DNA of 64,000 nt from Candidatus Kuenenbacteria bacterium (GCA_013202715.1 JABMRF010000040.1:4376-68375); one strand, 5' to 3'; shown: positions 1-9,243, counted from the stretch's first letter. Numbers and translations are program-made. Notes: generated from the letters alone by a model not told the origin.

Positions 1-1213
1 CCTGAGCGCTCAGCTCGGAAAACTTCTGCTCAAGCGAATTGCCCTGAACGGTCGAATCCTTGCTACCGACATTGGAAAACTCATTGTAGAGCTCTCCGAG
101 GGTTTCGACATGAATGATCCGGTACGGATCTTCATTCGGCAGTGGGTTTTTGTCAAAGTCACCGCTCTTGATCAGCACATCCGTGGTGCTCTCGATCACT
201 TCCACGAGCATTTCATTTGACACTTCATTTGGCGCAGATACGCCGAGCCACTGCAGGCAGTTGTCCGAAAGCGTCTGCCACTTCACGCCCTGAACCATTT
301 TTTCCACTTGGGCCTTGGTCAGACCGGTCTCCTTGACCAGCTCCTGGACCAATTCCACCGGGTTGTCCCGGTAGTACTTCAGTGAGCGGAAATAATTGGA
401 CAGGTACTTTTTCGTAAGCGCTTGATTTTCGTTGTACCACTTGATATTCACAACCAGGATATCAACGATATAGCGCTCAGTCTGCTCAGTTCCCAGAATT
501 TTGACGATACCTGGAGTTGAAAGCGCCCTCGAAACCTCAGGTTCCCAGAGAACTGCAACATCCACGGTGCCAGCCAAAAGCTTTTTCAGCGCATCTTCGG
601 ACCCGTCAGTTTCTACGCGAAACCTACCCGGAGCCGGAAGAAGTTCCGGTACATTGAAGTGATCCTTGGCCAACTTCAGCAAGTGATGACTTGGCGAATA
701 CGGAGTAAATCCGACCACCACGTCTTTGCCCTGGAAATCATTGAAGCTTTTGCCAACTTTTTCCAGAGCAACAATTGCATCTCCGCCCTTCGACTCATCA
801 ATGACCATGAAGATGAGGCCAGGAAAATCGTGCACAGCGGCATTGAGAACATACGAATCCACGGTCGCGACGACCATGTCGAATTCTCCGTCTGCCAGCT
901 TTTGCATTCGCACTTTGTAGTCAAGCTCTTCCACGACAGTGATCTTGCAACCAGAATTCTTCATTTTCTTTCTCTGAACATCAGAGAAGAGAATGTAATA
1001 TCCCGGCCAGGGATCCACTGCCATGACGATTTCGTCCGTTATATCTTTCGCCGCACTTGTATTTACCTTCTCCTGCTCTTCGGCAGCTTCTTCTGCCTGC
1101 GCTGCCAGCTCTTCCTGCTCAGTAGTATGATCAGAGAACAGCCTATAGGCACCAAAAGCAAGGAGCAAGACAACGACAATCGCGCCTAATGCAATCCCTT
1201 GGCGTTTGCTCAT
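1..1213 (-). CDS. membrane-anchored periplasmic substrate-binding protein, NMT1/SsuA-like (ABC-type nitrate/sulfonate/bicarbonate family); N-terminus in window, C-terminus beyond window start
   Basis: ATG at 1213 preceded by AGGAGG 7 nt upstream; manual translation MSKRQGIALGAIVVVLLLAFGAYRL (TM anchor) then ...AVDPWPGYYILF...GGDAIVALEKV... SBP-like motifs; open to position 1 (not in ORF track because there is no stop inside the window). Confidence 0.6.
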   Translation of the reverse strand, partial: MSKRQGIALGAIVVVLLLAFGAYRLFSDHTTEQEELAAQAEEAAEEQEKVNTSAAKDITDEIVMAVDPWPGYYILFSDVQRKKMKNSGCKITVVEELDYKVRMQKLADGEFDMVVATVDSYVLNAAVHDFPGLIFMVIDESKGGDAIVALEKVGKSFNDFQGKDVVVGFTPYSPSHHLLKLAKDHFNVPELLPAPGRFRVETDGSEDALKKLLAGTVDVAVLWEPEVSRALSTPGIVKILGTEQTERYIVDILVVNIKWYNENQALTKKYLSNYFRSLKYYRDNPVELVQELVKETGLTKAQVEKMVQGVKWQTLSDNCLQWLGVSAPNEVSNEMLVEVIESTTDVLIKSGDFDKNPLPNEDPYRIIHVETLGELYNEFSNVGSKDSTVQGNSLEQKFSELSAQ

Positions 1214-1281
1214 CCGTACCTCCTTTGTTTTTGAGCGGTTAAAAAAGGGGCAAGAGCAATTGTCCTGCCCCCTTGATGTAC

Positions 1282-2088
1282 CTATTCCTCGAAATCCATG
1301 ACTTGGAAATCTTCGGATTCAGCCAAAACGCCCTTCAAGGCGCTTGCGAGCTCAGCCGGGTCGCCAGCTTCACGATAAACCAGGTCTTCCCGATTCAGAG
1401 TGTGCTGACCACCAATACAGAATCCAATCGTGTAGACCACAATCGGGGTATTGTCGGCAATGAATGAGACATGGGTGGCAAGTGGACCTACATGGTCTGC
1501 AGCACCATCGGTAACGATGACCATCGTGTACTCACCATAACCAAGCTGTCTTTCAGCCTGCGCCGTCAGTTCAGCATAGGCGCCGGCAACAGCCTCAGTC
1601 AGAGGCGTACCTCCCTCCGGGGTCATGCTGTTTGCGTGGTCCAAAAACATTTGCCTGTTTCTGGTTCCCAAAGGAACCAATACTGAATACTTGTCGTTAG
1701 TGAAAACAGGGAACTTTATCAAGCCAAGATTGGCGTCATCCGGAACGTGCTTCACAAATTCCGCCAAGGCGACCTTGCCCGCATCGGACTTGGTATTTCC
1801 TCCAGAACATTTCGACTGCTCCATACTGCCGGAATTGTCCATGACCACGATGTAATTCTTGGTCAGGATGTTTTCCGCAACGTTGTCATCGGCAAGTCTG
1901 GGTGGCCAGACGAATTCCACGTCTTCCGCGGCTGACTCATCTCCACCGGCCCGCTCTACAGCGGCCTGCTTCTTCAGCTGATGCTCCTTGGCCCCGGGAA
2001 TCTTCTCCGGAACTGGATCCTTGCAACCGAGTGCGAAGAAAAAAATGAATACTGCAAAAATTGTGATGATCTTTTTCATGGTATTCAC
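1282..2088 (-). CDS. von Willebrand factor A (vWA) domain lipoprotein
   Basis: signal peptide plus lipobox FFALGC; MIDAS motif VVMDNSGSM (DxSxS); GAGGTGA RBS. Confidence 0.7.
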   Translation of the reverse strand: MNTMKKIITIFAVFIFFFALGCKDPVPEKIPGAKEHQLKKQAAVERAGGDESAAEDVEFVWPPRLADDNVAENILTKNYIVVMDNSGSMEQSKCSGGNTKSDAGKVALAEFVKHVPDDANLGLIKFPVFTNDKYSVLVPLGTRNRQMFLDHANSMTPEGGTPLTEAVAGAYAELTAQAERQLGYGEYTMVIVTDGAADHVGPLATHVSFIADNTPIVVYTIGFCIGGQHTLNREDLVYREAGDPAELASALKGVLAESEDFQVMDFEE

Positions 2089-2094
2089 CTCTCC

Positions 2095-3810
2095 CTACAG
2101 CAGTTCGAATTCAGAAGCTTCGGTTTCCACCTGAATGATCCTGAACTCGACCTTCATGTTGCTGAGCCACTCCTGCTCGCTCTTCGGAGCGCAGGGATGC
2201 GCACCGCACATGCCGCCGGCCGACTTCTCAAAGCCGTGGCCAACCACAGTGAACTGCGACTTGTCGAGCGTAATCCCCTTGGATGCTGCGTAGGCAACAA
2301 TGCTGTTGCGTACCGCATTTCCACGAGTCACACTCAGGTTTCTTGCGCCCTGCCGAATCTGCTTCAGCTTGGATGCCGGAGCACCGGCCTTCTTGGCCTT
2401 CAGGTAACCGAGCGGATCCGAGTGGCCTTCGACCACCATCACCGCGCCACCGAACGTTGACATCACATCGATTGCTTTGTCATATTCGGAAGCATACATG
2501 TTTGCCGTGAAATCGTTCTTGTTCGACTTGAAGAAAATCTTCAGCGTCGGAAAAATCTGCCCTGAAGACAGAGTTCCCTGACGCTGCTTTTGCGTTACGA
2601 CCGCAGCCAGCTTTTTCTCGTCATACTTCGGAGACTCGGCATGGTACTGCAGCTTTCCGCCGGAACGCATCACGGCATAGTCCCACTCAGCGTGCATCAG
2701 CGGGTAGGTCTTGTTCATCAGACCGAGCTCGGTAAACGCGGTCTGGATTTCGGCATTGACGTTCTGAAAGCTCCTCGCCTCGCTGGACTTGGTGAAAAAG
2801 GTTTCACTGTAAGCCAGCATGGCCGGGGTGCAGTCGAAGTACATGCCCTCAGAGTCGGCGAACGCCGCCGGATCCTCGATGATGTACTTGGCAAAAAATT
2901 TCACCGTTGCATTGTAAGTTTTCTTGTCCTTGTCCTTTCCATCGAAAACCTTGGCCATTGCTTCCTGCGCCTGAATGACGCCCTTGGCAAGCTCGAACAT
3001 CGCTGCCTTGTGAGCATTGAAATAATCGGACCGTACGACAAAGACATCGAAGATGACCTTGTCACCCGACTTGGTAGTCATCAGGATACGCGCACCCTTG
3101 CGAGTGCATTCCTGCATTTTGCACACCGTATCGGTGCCACCACCGGCCGCGCGAAGCGCGTCGGGGATGATCATGAAGGCCACATCGATCGACTTGTCCT
3201 TCTCGAATGCATCTGCCGGCGAATTTGTTCCGTACAGGTTGTCCTGCCAGACAAGAGTAACATCCTTGAATGAGAGGCCGACCGTTTTCAGAACTCGCCA
3301 CAGGAAATACAGGTGCGGACCATAGGCCTGAATGGCAATCCTCTTGCCATTCAGGTCTGCCGCGGTTTTGATACCTTCACGTACGACAATTGCGTCACCG
3401 CCCGTCGAACGGGTCAGGAGACCGGCAATCACCGGCTGAGTTCGCGGATCCTTGGCCATGATCGGCAGAGCCGCATTGACCATTCCGAGAGTTCCACGGA
3501 AGGTCGGGTTCTTGCCGGACATGTAGTCGTTCAGCATCTGCTGCGGATTGTTCTGCAGCTTGATGTTGAAACACAGGCCCAGCTTGTCGAAAATCGACCC
3601 CTTTGCGGTTCGCAGAGCATTGCCGTTACCGAAGGTAAAGGCATACTCCCCGCCCCAGGAAATCACGTGCAGGTCAATGCAACTGTTGTCAGTCACATTG
3701 CCCACCGGCGAATCCTTGAACGGCTTGAGCATCTGAGCGTTGGCAACGCCAGACCACATGAAACAAACTGCGAAAACGACTACGAGAATCTTGGCGGTGA
3801 AAGTCCTCAT
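2095..3810 (-). CDS. secreted NMT1/SsuA-like substrate-binding domain fused to C-terminal OmpA-like peptidoglycan-binding domain
   Basis: signal peptide ...GVANAQ; GGDAIVVREGI motif shared with the CDS at 1-1213; C-terminal VVEGHSDPLGYL...NLSVTRGNAVRNSIVAY resembles OmpA/MotB C-domain; AGGAGG RBS. Confidence 0.65.
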   Translation of the reverse strand: MRTFTAKILVVVFAVCFMWSGVANAQMLKPFKDSPVGNVTDNSCIDLHVISWGGEYAFTFGNGNALRTAKGSIFDKLGLCFNIKLQNNPQQMLNDYMSGKNPTFRGTLGMVNAALPIMAKDPRTQPVIAGLLTRSTGGDAIVVREGIKTAADLNGKRIAIQAYGPHLYFLWRVLKTVGLSFKDVTLVWQDNLYGTNSPADAFEKDKSIDVAFMIIPDALRAAGGGTDTVCKMQECTRKGARILMTTKSGDKVIFDVFVVRSDYFNAHKAAMFELAKGVIQAQEAMAKVFDGKDKDKKTYNATVKFFAKYIIEDPAAFADSEGMYFDCTPAMLAYSETFFTKSSEARSFQNVNAEIQTAFTELGLMNKTYPLMHAEWDYAVMRSGGKLQYHAESPKYDEKKLAAVVTQKQRQGTLSSGQIFPTLKIFFKSNKNDFTANMYASEYDKAIDVMSTFGGAVMVVEGHSDPLGYLKAKKAGAPASKLKQIRQGARNLSVTRGNAVRNSIVAYAASKGITLDKSQFTVVGHGFEKSAGGMCGAHPCAPKSEQEWLSNMKVEFRIIQVETEASEFELL

Positions 3811-4081
3811 TTTTTCCTCCTAAAGGATTGAGTTAATGGACCACCGTACTACGGAACAGGACACCGAAAAAATAACTATTAAAAAAAAGAAACAGCAAAC
3901 TTAATCTGCTCTTTTTCCTCCTTCCATATACAAATTGTCAAAAAACACAAATGAAACAATCTTAATACAAATTTAATATTTTGTCAAGTTTTTTATGTAA
4001 CTTTTTGCAAAAAAAAGCAAGCCAATTTTTCTTGACTTAATTTACTACACATAACAACACAAATACTATTTTTACGCAAGT

Positions 4082-4117
4082 AAAAAAGAACATTGAGTTC
4101 AATGTTCTTTTTTTTGA
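4082..4117. terminator. bidirectional rho-independent terminator
   Basis: A-run, 11-bp stem aagaacattga/tcaatgttctt, T8 run. Confidence 0.7.
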
Positions 4118-4119
4118 AA

Positions 4120-5532
4120 TTACCGTTGGAACGGCCGGCAAACCTTTGCTTTCGCGCCATAGAAACTCAATCTAAACCTCTGGACAACCTTTCTTCCAGT
4201 TCCGCCAAAGGCGTCAGGCATATTCCCAAGATCGACCTTCTCTCCCATCCTGTCTGCTACCATATTTTCCTGTAACCAAAGTTTGTATTGTTCTGCTCTG
4301 CTCAACTTGTCACTTTCAAACCTTTCAAATACTCCATTAATCACACCTTGGATTGCTCCACTGATACGATCATCCAGAGCAGTCATCGTTTGGCCAATCT
4401 TGCCGGGAACACGTCCCAGCATAACCATCACAATCATGATTCCCAGAACTGCCAGAAGAGGAGAAAGGACCCACAGTAAAGCGCTGAGCATCCACCAAAG
4501 CTCTCCAGCCAAGACCAGCTTGAACAGATAGTACGCACCTACCAAAAATACGACGACACTCAAAACTTCGATTGGTGCAACACGGAGATATTTATCAGCC
4601 TCACCTTCTTTTTTACCTCGTTTCCAAAGCAAAAATTCAGGAGTACTGTCCAAGCAAACACTCCACTCTTTTTCATCTCGCTCATGCATAAAACCAAGAT
4701 ACATTTCTCTGAGCACAGGTCGCGGTCGAAAACCGCAAAACGCTGTTGCAATACTGGCCAGCAAGACATAGAGCGAGTGGAATGTGCCACCAATCAAATA
4801 GACAATGATCAAGTACCCCAGCCCCACAAACGGCTTCAGGGAATAAGCGAGCATCTTCCTCTGGCGATACACGCACTCATCGCGCGGATTTCCTGGATGC
4901 AACCAGTTTGCCCAGTCCCAAAGACGACTGGCAAACTTCGTCTTTGGCCTCTGGGCAAAAAGCTCCGTTGGCACTTCAAATTCCATCACCTTGCATGCCA
5001 GTGCGCGACCATCAAAATCGGACAAATCGCCTTCCTCAAGATTTGAAAATGAAATAGAATTTGAGCTACGTGAAAAATGATCATCACGCAGGAGATTCTC
5101 CATAAAACGTTTCGAACATCTCTTTCCATCCAGCGCAACAACTGCCAACCGGTGGTAGCCGGGTGAAAATACCTGCATGAAATGAACGACTTGCTTCAGG
5201 TCATAGAGGCTTCGCCGACCCATTGTCATTGAATGATAAACATTTTCTGTTTCGTCCTTCGTTTGTTCAATGACCAAAATATGAGTCGGAGTGTTGTCCT
5301 CATCCATCAGCCACTGCTCATCAAACCCAACCTTGATAGGAACGGTGGCGCTGTCCATCTCATTGGTACCGCCATTGAGCACAACTTTCATAGCTGAAAG
5401 CGCCACCTCACGCCGCAACTCTTCTTCCTGCCTTTCACGTTCTTCCTGCGCTTCACGTTCTTCCTGCGCTTCACGCTCCACACGCTCATTTTCCAATTGC
5501 TCAGCTGATTTCTTGGTTTTTTTCTTTGACAT
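4120..5532 (-). CDS. hypothetical protein: acidic repeat-containing N-terminal domain plus C-terminal multi-TM region
   Basis: long ORF; GGAGGAG RBS before second ATG (MSKKKTKK); 18-nt tandem DNA repeat encoding REAQEE x3; several hydrophobic helices; GC higher than genome. Confidence 0.55.
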   Translation of the reverse strand: MSKKKTKKSAEQLENERVEREAQEEREAQEERERQEEELRREVALSAMKVVLNGGTNEMDSATVPIKVGFDEQWLMDEDNTPTHILVIEQTKDETENVYHSMTMGRRSLYDLKQVVHFMQVFSPGYHRLAVVALDGKRCSKRFMENLLRDDHFSRSSNSISFSNLEEGDLSDFDGRALACKVMEFEVPTELFAQRPKTKFASRLWDWANWLHPGNPRDECVYRQRKMLAYSLKPFVGLGYLIIVYLIGGTFHSLYVLLASIATAFCGFRPRPVLREMYLGFMHERDEKEWSVCLDSTPEFLLWKRGKKEGEADKYLRVAPIEVLSVVVFLVGAYYLFKLVLAGELWWMLSALLWVLSPLLAVLGIMIVMVMLGRVPGKIGQTMTALDDRISGAIQGVINGVFERFESDKLSRAEQYKLWLQENMVADRMGEKVDLGNMPDAFGGTGRKVVQRFRLSFYGAKAKVCRPFQR

Positions 5533-5750
5533 TTGCTCCTCCATGTTGAGCGAAAAAGTTTAACGAAGTCAACCCAATACTTATCTAATTGTAAGGTTCA
5601 GAACTAACATATCATGATAACAAACTTTTTTCAATTTGTCAACCTTCGAGAACCCTTCGATAAACTCAGGACAGGCCTCAGGTTGACACAAAAAATACTT
5701 ATTTTACGCAAAAAGAAAGGATTTCACTCCCCTCTTTTTATATAATTTGC

Positions 5751-7604
5751 TTATTCTAAAATAGCTTTAATCCTTCTCACACCTGCTGAGCTGGATTCTT
5801 CTTTTTTGATTCGGAACTTACCAAGCTCTCCAGTTTTTTGGGCATGCGGTCCGCCACACATTTCACAAGACACGTTTCCAATTGTGAAAACTTTTGCAAC
5901 GTGACCATACTTGTCTTCAAACAATCCAATTGCTCCTTTTTTCTTCGCATCATCAACTGCCATTTCCGCACAGCCAACTTCAAGATCATCTTTGATCCAA
6001 CCATTAACTAATTCTTCAACTTCTTTTTTTTGTTCGTCAGTCATTTTATCTAGATGTGTAAAATCAAATCGCAATCGGTCAGCGGTAATATTGCTACCCT
6101 TTTGCAGTGCATGAGGGCCAAGAACTTTTTGTAATGCGGCCTGGAGTAAGTGAGTTGCTGTGTGAAGTTTACAAGTTTCTTCCGATGCGTCAGCCAGTCC
6201 GCCTTTGAATCTTTGACCAGCGCCTTCTCGCGAAAGAGCCTGATGTTTTTCAAACTCAGCATCAAATTCTTTTTTGTCAAATTTAATTCCTTTTTCTTCT
6301 GCCAACTCTTCGGTCATTTCATATGGAAAACCATAAGTTGAAAACAAATCAAACGCTTCAGTTCCGGAAATATTATTGTCCTTGGACATTTTTTTGAACT
6401 CACGCAATCCTTTTTCCAGAGTTGTGGCAAATTTTTCTTCTTCTTTTGTTAATTGTTTCAAAATAAAATCTTTATTCTTCTTGAGTTCAGGATAAGTGTC
6501 CTGCATTATTTTAATAACAACTTCGGCAACCTTGTGAGTAAACACGCCTTCAATTCCAATTTGCTTGCCGTGCCTGATTGCTCTTCTAATTAAACGTCGC
6601 AAAATATATCCCTGGTCAACATTTGACGGTTCAATCCCCTTTTCATCACCAAGAATAAAAGTGGCAGCGCGAACGTGATCTACTATTACTCGAATTGATT
6701 TTTTTTCTTTTTCATAATTTGGATCATCTTTTTTTCCGTAAATGTCTGTATTGTCTACTCCTTCTTGACCAAGATATTTATATTTTCGGAGCATGTTAAC
6801 TTCTGCCACAATCGGTTCAATGTGCGGGCAATGATAATTATCAGGAAAGTCATTCAAAACTGAAACTGTTCTTTCCAATCCCATACCCGTATCCACGTTC
6901 CTCTGCTTCGCTTTTACATATTCATATTCTACTTTATCTGATTGGCTCTTGACTTTTGACTCTTGACTCTTGACTTTATTATATTCCATAAATACGTCGT
7001 TCCAAATCTCAACGTATTTACCACAACTGCAACTTGGCTGGCAGTCTTTGCCGCAAGCTTTTTTATCGGAAATATAAAACATTTCTGAGTCCGGTCCGCA
7101 TGGTCCTGTTTTTCCAGCCGGGCCCCACCAGTTTTCTTTTTTATTATATTTATAAATACGATCCTCGGGCATGCCAAGAGATTTCCAAGTATTGTAACTT
7201 TCTTCGTCAAAGGGAGCATCGTCGTCACCTTTAAAAACGGTCACAGCCAATCTGTCCAAAGGAATATCCAAAACATTTGTTAAAAATTCATAGCTCATTT
7301 CAATTGCTTCTTTCTTCCAGTAGTCGCCAAGTGACCAATTGCCCAGCATTTCAAAACAAGTAAAATGCCATTGATCTCCGACATCATCAATATCGCCAGT
7401 TCGAATACATTTTTGGAAATCAACCAATCGCGTTCCGGCTGGATGCTTTTCGCCCAATAAATATGGGACAAGAGGATGCATTCCGGCAGTTGTAAAAAGA
7501 CAGGTTGGATCATTTTCTGGAATCAAAGAAGCAGAAGGGATTATGGCGTGGCCCTTGTCTTTGAAAAAATTTAGGAATTTTTCACGAAGTTCGTGTGCGT
7601 GCAT
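5751..7604 (-). CDS. alaS: alanyl-tRNA synthetase (short form with catalytic and editing domains, no C-Ala domain)
   Basis: N-terminal class II AlaRS motifs (FTTAGMHPLVPY, WHFTCFEML), editing HxxxH...CGGPH; 617 aa. Confidence 0.85.
   Translation of the reverse strand: MHAHELREKFLNFFKDKGHAIIPSASLIPENDPTCLFTTAGMHPLVPYLLGEKHPAGTRLVDFQKCIRTGDIDDVGDQWHFTCFEMLGNWSLGDYWKKEAIEMSYEFLTNVLDIPLDRLAVTVFKGDDDAPFDEESYNTWKSLGMPEDRIYKYNKKENWWGPAGKTGPCGPDSEMFYISDKKACGKDCQPSCSCGKYVEIWNDVFMEYNKVKSQESKVKSQSDKVEYEYVKAKQRNVDTGMGLERTVSVLNDFPDNYHCPHIEPIVAEVNMLRKYKYLGQEGVDNTDIYGKKDDPNYEKEKKSIRVIVDHVRAATFILGDEKGIEPSNVDQGYILRRLIRRAIRHGKQIGIEGVFTHKVAEVVIKIMQDTYPELKKNKDFILKQLTKEEEKFATTLEKGLREFKKMSKDNNISGTEAFDLFSTYGFPYEMTEELAEEKGIKFDKKEFDAEFEKHQALSREGAGQRFKGGLADASEETCKLHTATHLLQAALQKVLGPHALQKGSNITADRLRFDFTHLDKMTDEQKKEVEELVNGWIKDDLEVGCAEMAVDDAKKKGAIGLFEDKYGHVAKVFTIGNVSCEMCGGPHAQKTGELGKFRIKKEESSSAGVRRIKAILE
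6946..6976. repeat. AGTCNNN heptamer tandem array inside alaS (in-frame, encodes KSQESKVKSQ-like insertion)
   Basis: ctcttgacttttgactcttgactcttgactt seen directly. Confidence 0.8.
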
Positions 7605-7611
7605 AGAGTTA

Positions 7612-7688
7612 AGTCTTGAGTCTAGAGTCTAGAGTCAATAGTCGGTAAAATAACTCTAGACTTTTGACTCTTGACTTTTGACTTGTAG
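7612..7688. repeat. two inverted arrays of AGTCNNN/TCTAGAC-type heptamers upstream of alaS
   Basis: agtcttgagtctagagtctagagtcaatagtc ... ctctagacttttgactcttgacttttgacttg. Confidence 0.8.
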
Positions 7689-7775
7689 TTTATGCTTCCA
7701 TAATAACCAAATTTAACCGAATTTGCAACCTCAATATTAACATTTATGTAAATTGAGACCAGAACCCAACAGCCA

Positions 7776-7804
7776 TTGACAAAATTCGAAAAGTATGCTA
7801 TAAT
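7776..7804 (+). promoter_or_regulatory. sigma70-type promoter TTGACA-17-tgcTATAAT
   Basis: TTGACA at 7776-7781, 17-nt spacer, extended -10 tgcTATAAT 7796-7804. Confidence 0.7.
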
Positions 7805-7858
7805 GGTAAAATTGAGAAGTTCGTTTTCGTGACACATAAATCCAAAAAGGAGAGCGCA

Positions 7859-8218
7859 ATGAGTACCTACGAAAATCGCCTGGCAAAGGCAAAAGTCGAA
7901 GCAGAACAAACGGCGAGGGAAAAGGCTAGCAAGGAAGCATCCCAACTCGCCAACGCCGCAAGGTGTGGTATCCACAGCGACATTTATGAGGATAAATACG
8001 AAGATACCTTCGAGATCGTCTACAGAGATGAGATGATGACGTTCGAAGTCAACGAGATGGACAGCGAACCCGACATTCCGGAAGACGAAGACAATCCTCA
8101 TCTTGAAGAGCCGGAATTGATGGACGACCTCCTCTATGATCTCGATCGTCTTGATGAGGAGTACGAGGAGATGGAAGCACGCATCAGCGCCGAGGACCCC
8201 ATTTTCGACACAGCCTAA
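7859..8218 (+). CDS. highly acidic hypothetical protein (120 aa)
   Basis: AGGAG RBS before ATG 7859; Asp/Glu-rich C-terminal half; GC about 50%; consensus promoter upstream and terminator downstream. Confidence 0.6.
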   Translation: MSTYENRLAKAKVEAEQTAREKASKEASQLANAARCGIHSDIYEDKYEDTFEIVYRDEMMTFEVNEMDSEPDIPEDEDNPHLEEPELMDDLLYDLDRLDEEYEEMEARISAEDPIFDTA

Positions 8219-8287
8219 AACGACGCCTCCACGAACAAGACCTCGACGCCATGTGACTCGAGAGTCAACAACACTAAACCCCAAGCC

Positions 8288-8322
8288 CCCACCATCCGAA
8301 ATCGGATGGTGGGAATTTTTTT
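8288..8322 (+). terminator. rho-independent terminator
   Basis: cccaccatccga-aat-cggatggtggg followed by aattttttt. Confidence 0.75.
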
Positions 8323-8447
8323 AAATATTTTCTATTTTTGATTTTGACTGTGGTTTTACATTTTTCATTTTGCATTATCACTTGACATATCCTCACAAAA
8401 CATCTAAACTAATTTAATACATTGTTAATCAGACAAGGAGGATAATA

Positions 8448-8822
8448 ATGCGAGATAATCAATACGACAAAGACGCTATTGAAAAAGCGGCGGAGTTTAT
8501 TCACAAAATTGCCAGAAAAGAAGCAAGAATGGGAACAAAAAGGTATCAGGGAATCTACCTGGATCTTTACTGGCCGGCCTACACTGCTGCCTGCAAAGGC
8601 GATGATGAATGGATGCAGTTTTGTGCAATACTTGAAGAGCACGGCCCAGACGCGGAGCTCCCGAAGTATGAACCGCCTATTACACAAAACGAAATTGCCT
8701 GGCAGGAACTGGTTGCCATCTTGCGCTCTGGGATAACACAAGGAATTTTTGCCGGCGTAATCGGAACGGCTTTCCTCATTGTTATTGTTAAGAAACTGAT
8801 CAGACAACTGAAAAAGAACTAA
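8448..8822 (+). CDS. hypothetical protein with C-terminal TM helix
   Basis: AGGAGG RBS (caaggaggataataATG); terminator immediately downstream. Confidence 0.55.
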   Translation: MRDNQYDKDAIEKAAEFIHKIARKEARMGTKRYQGIYLDLYWPAYTAACKGDDEWMQFCAILEEHGPDAELPKYEPPITQNEIAWQELVAILRSGITQGIFAGVIGTAFLIVIVKKLIRQLKKN

Positions 8823-8834
8823 AGAAAAATAAAG

Positions 8835-8868
8835 GAACGAATCATTGTAATTCGTTCCGTTTTTTTTA
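8835..8868. terminator. bidirectional terminator
   Basis: ggaacgaat-cattgta-attcgttcc plus T8. Confidence 0.7.
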
Positions 8869-8869
8869 T

Positions 8870-9160
8870 TTACAATTCAGCAATCAATTCATTGACCCTG
8901 CCGAGCGAATCGTAAAACTTAATGTACCTGGAAATTTCTAGCGTTGATGCAGATTGCTCAATTGCATTTTTCAATGCACCTTTTTCTTCGACAGTCAGAT
9001 CGCCAATCATCTCCTTGAAAAGGTCGACGAGAAAAACCAATTTGAGCGCGTTGTCCCTGTAGTAGGTAACGCCCTTCATGGTATCATTTTCTGCCAATGC
9101 TTCACACAAATCCTGAAATTTTTCAAAAAGTGCTTTCAGTACTGGATTCAACGTTGCCAT
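8870..9160 (-). CDS. hypothetical small protein (96 aa)
   Basis: ORF with GAGGT upstream; no recognisable domain. Confidence 0.45.
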   Translation of the reverse strand: MATLNPVLKALFEKFQDLCEALAENDTMKGVTYYRDNALKLVFLVDLFKEMIGDLTVEEKGALKNAIEQSASTLEISRYIKFYDSLGRVNELIAEL

Positions 9161-9243
9161 TTTTACCTCTCAATGTTATATGCTTCTTGCCAAGCGCAAG
9201 ATATTCATATTACTTTACAAAATAAATTGAAAGTTGTCAATAG

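Noticed and set aside
659-1189. Plus-strand ORF 659-1189 (and 225-440 minus)
   Set aside because: Antisense to, or out of frame with, the well-supported minus-strand SBP gene that has an AGGAGG-ATG at 1213.
2590-3831. Plus-strand ORFs 2590-3273 and 3313-3831
   Set aside because: Antisense to the SBP-OmpA gene in a GC-rich region where long spurious ORFs are expected.
7622-8284. Minus-strand ORF 7622-8284 (220 aa)
   Set aside because: Antisense to the promoter-driven acidic protein gene and running through intergenic repeat DNA. No RBS.
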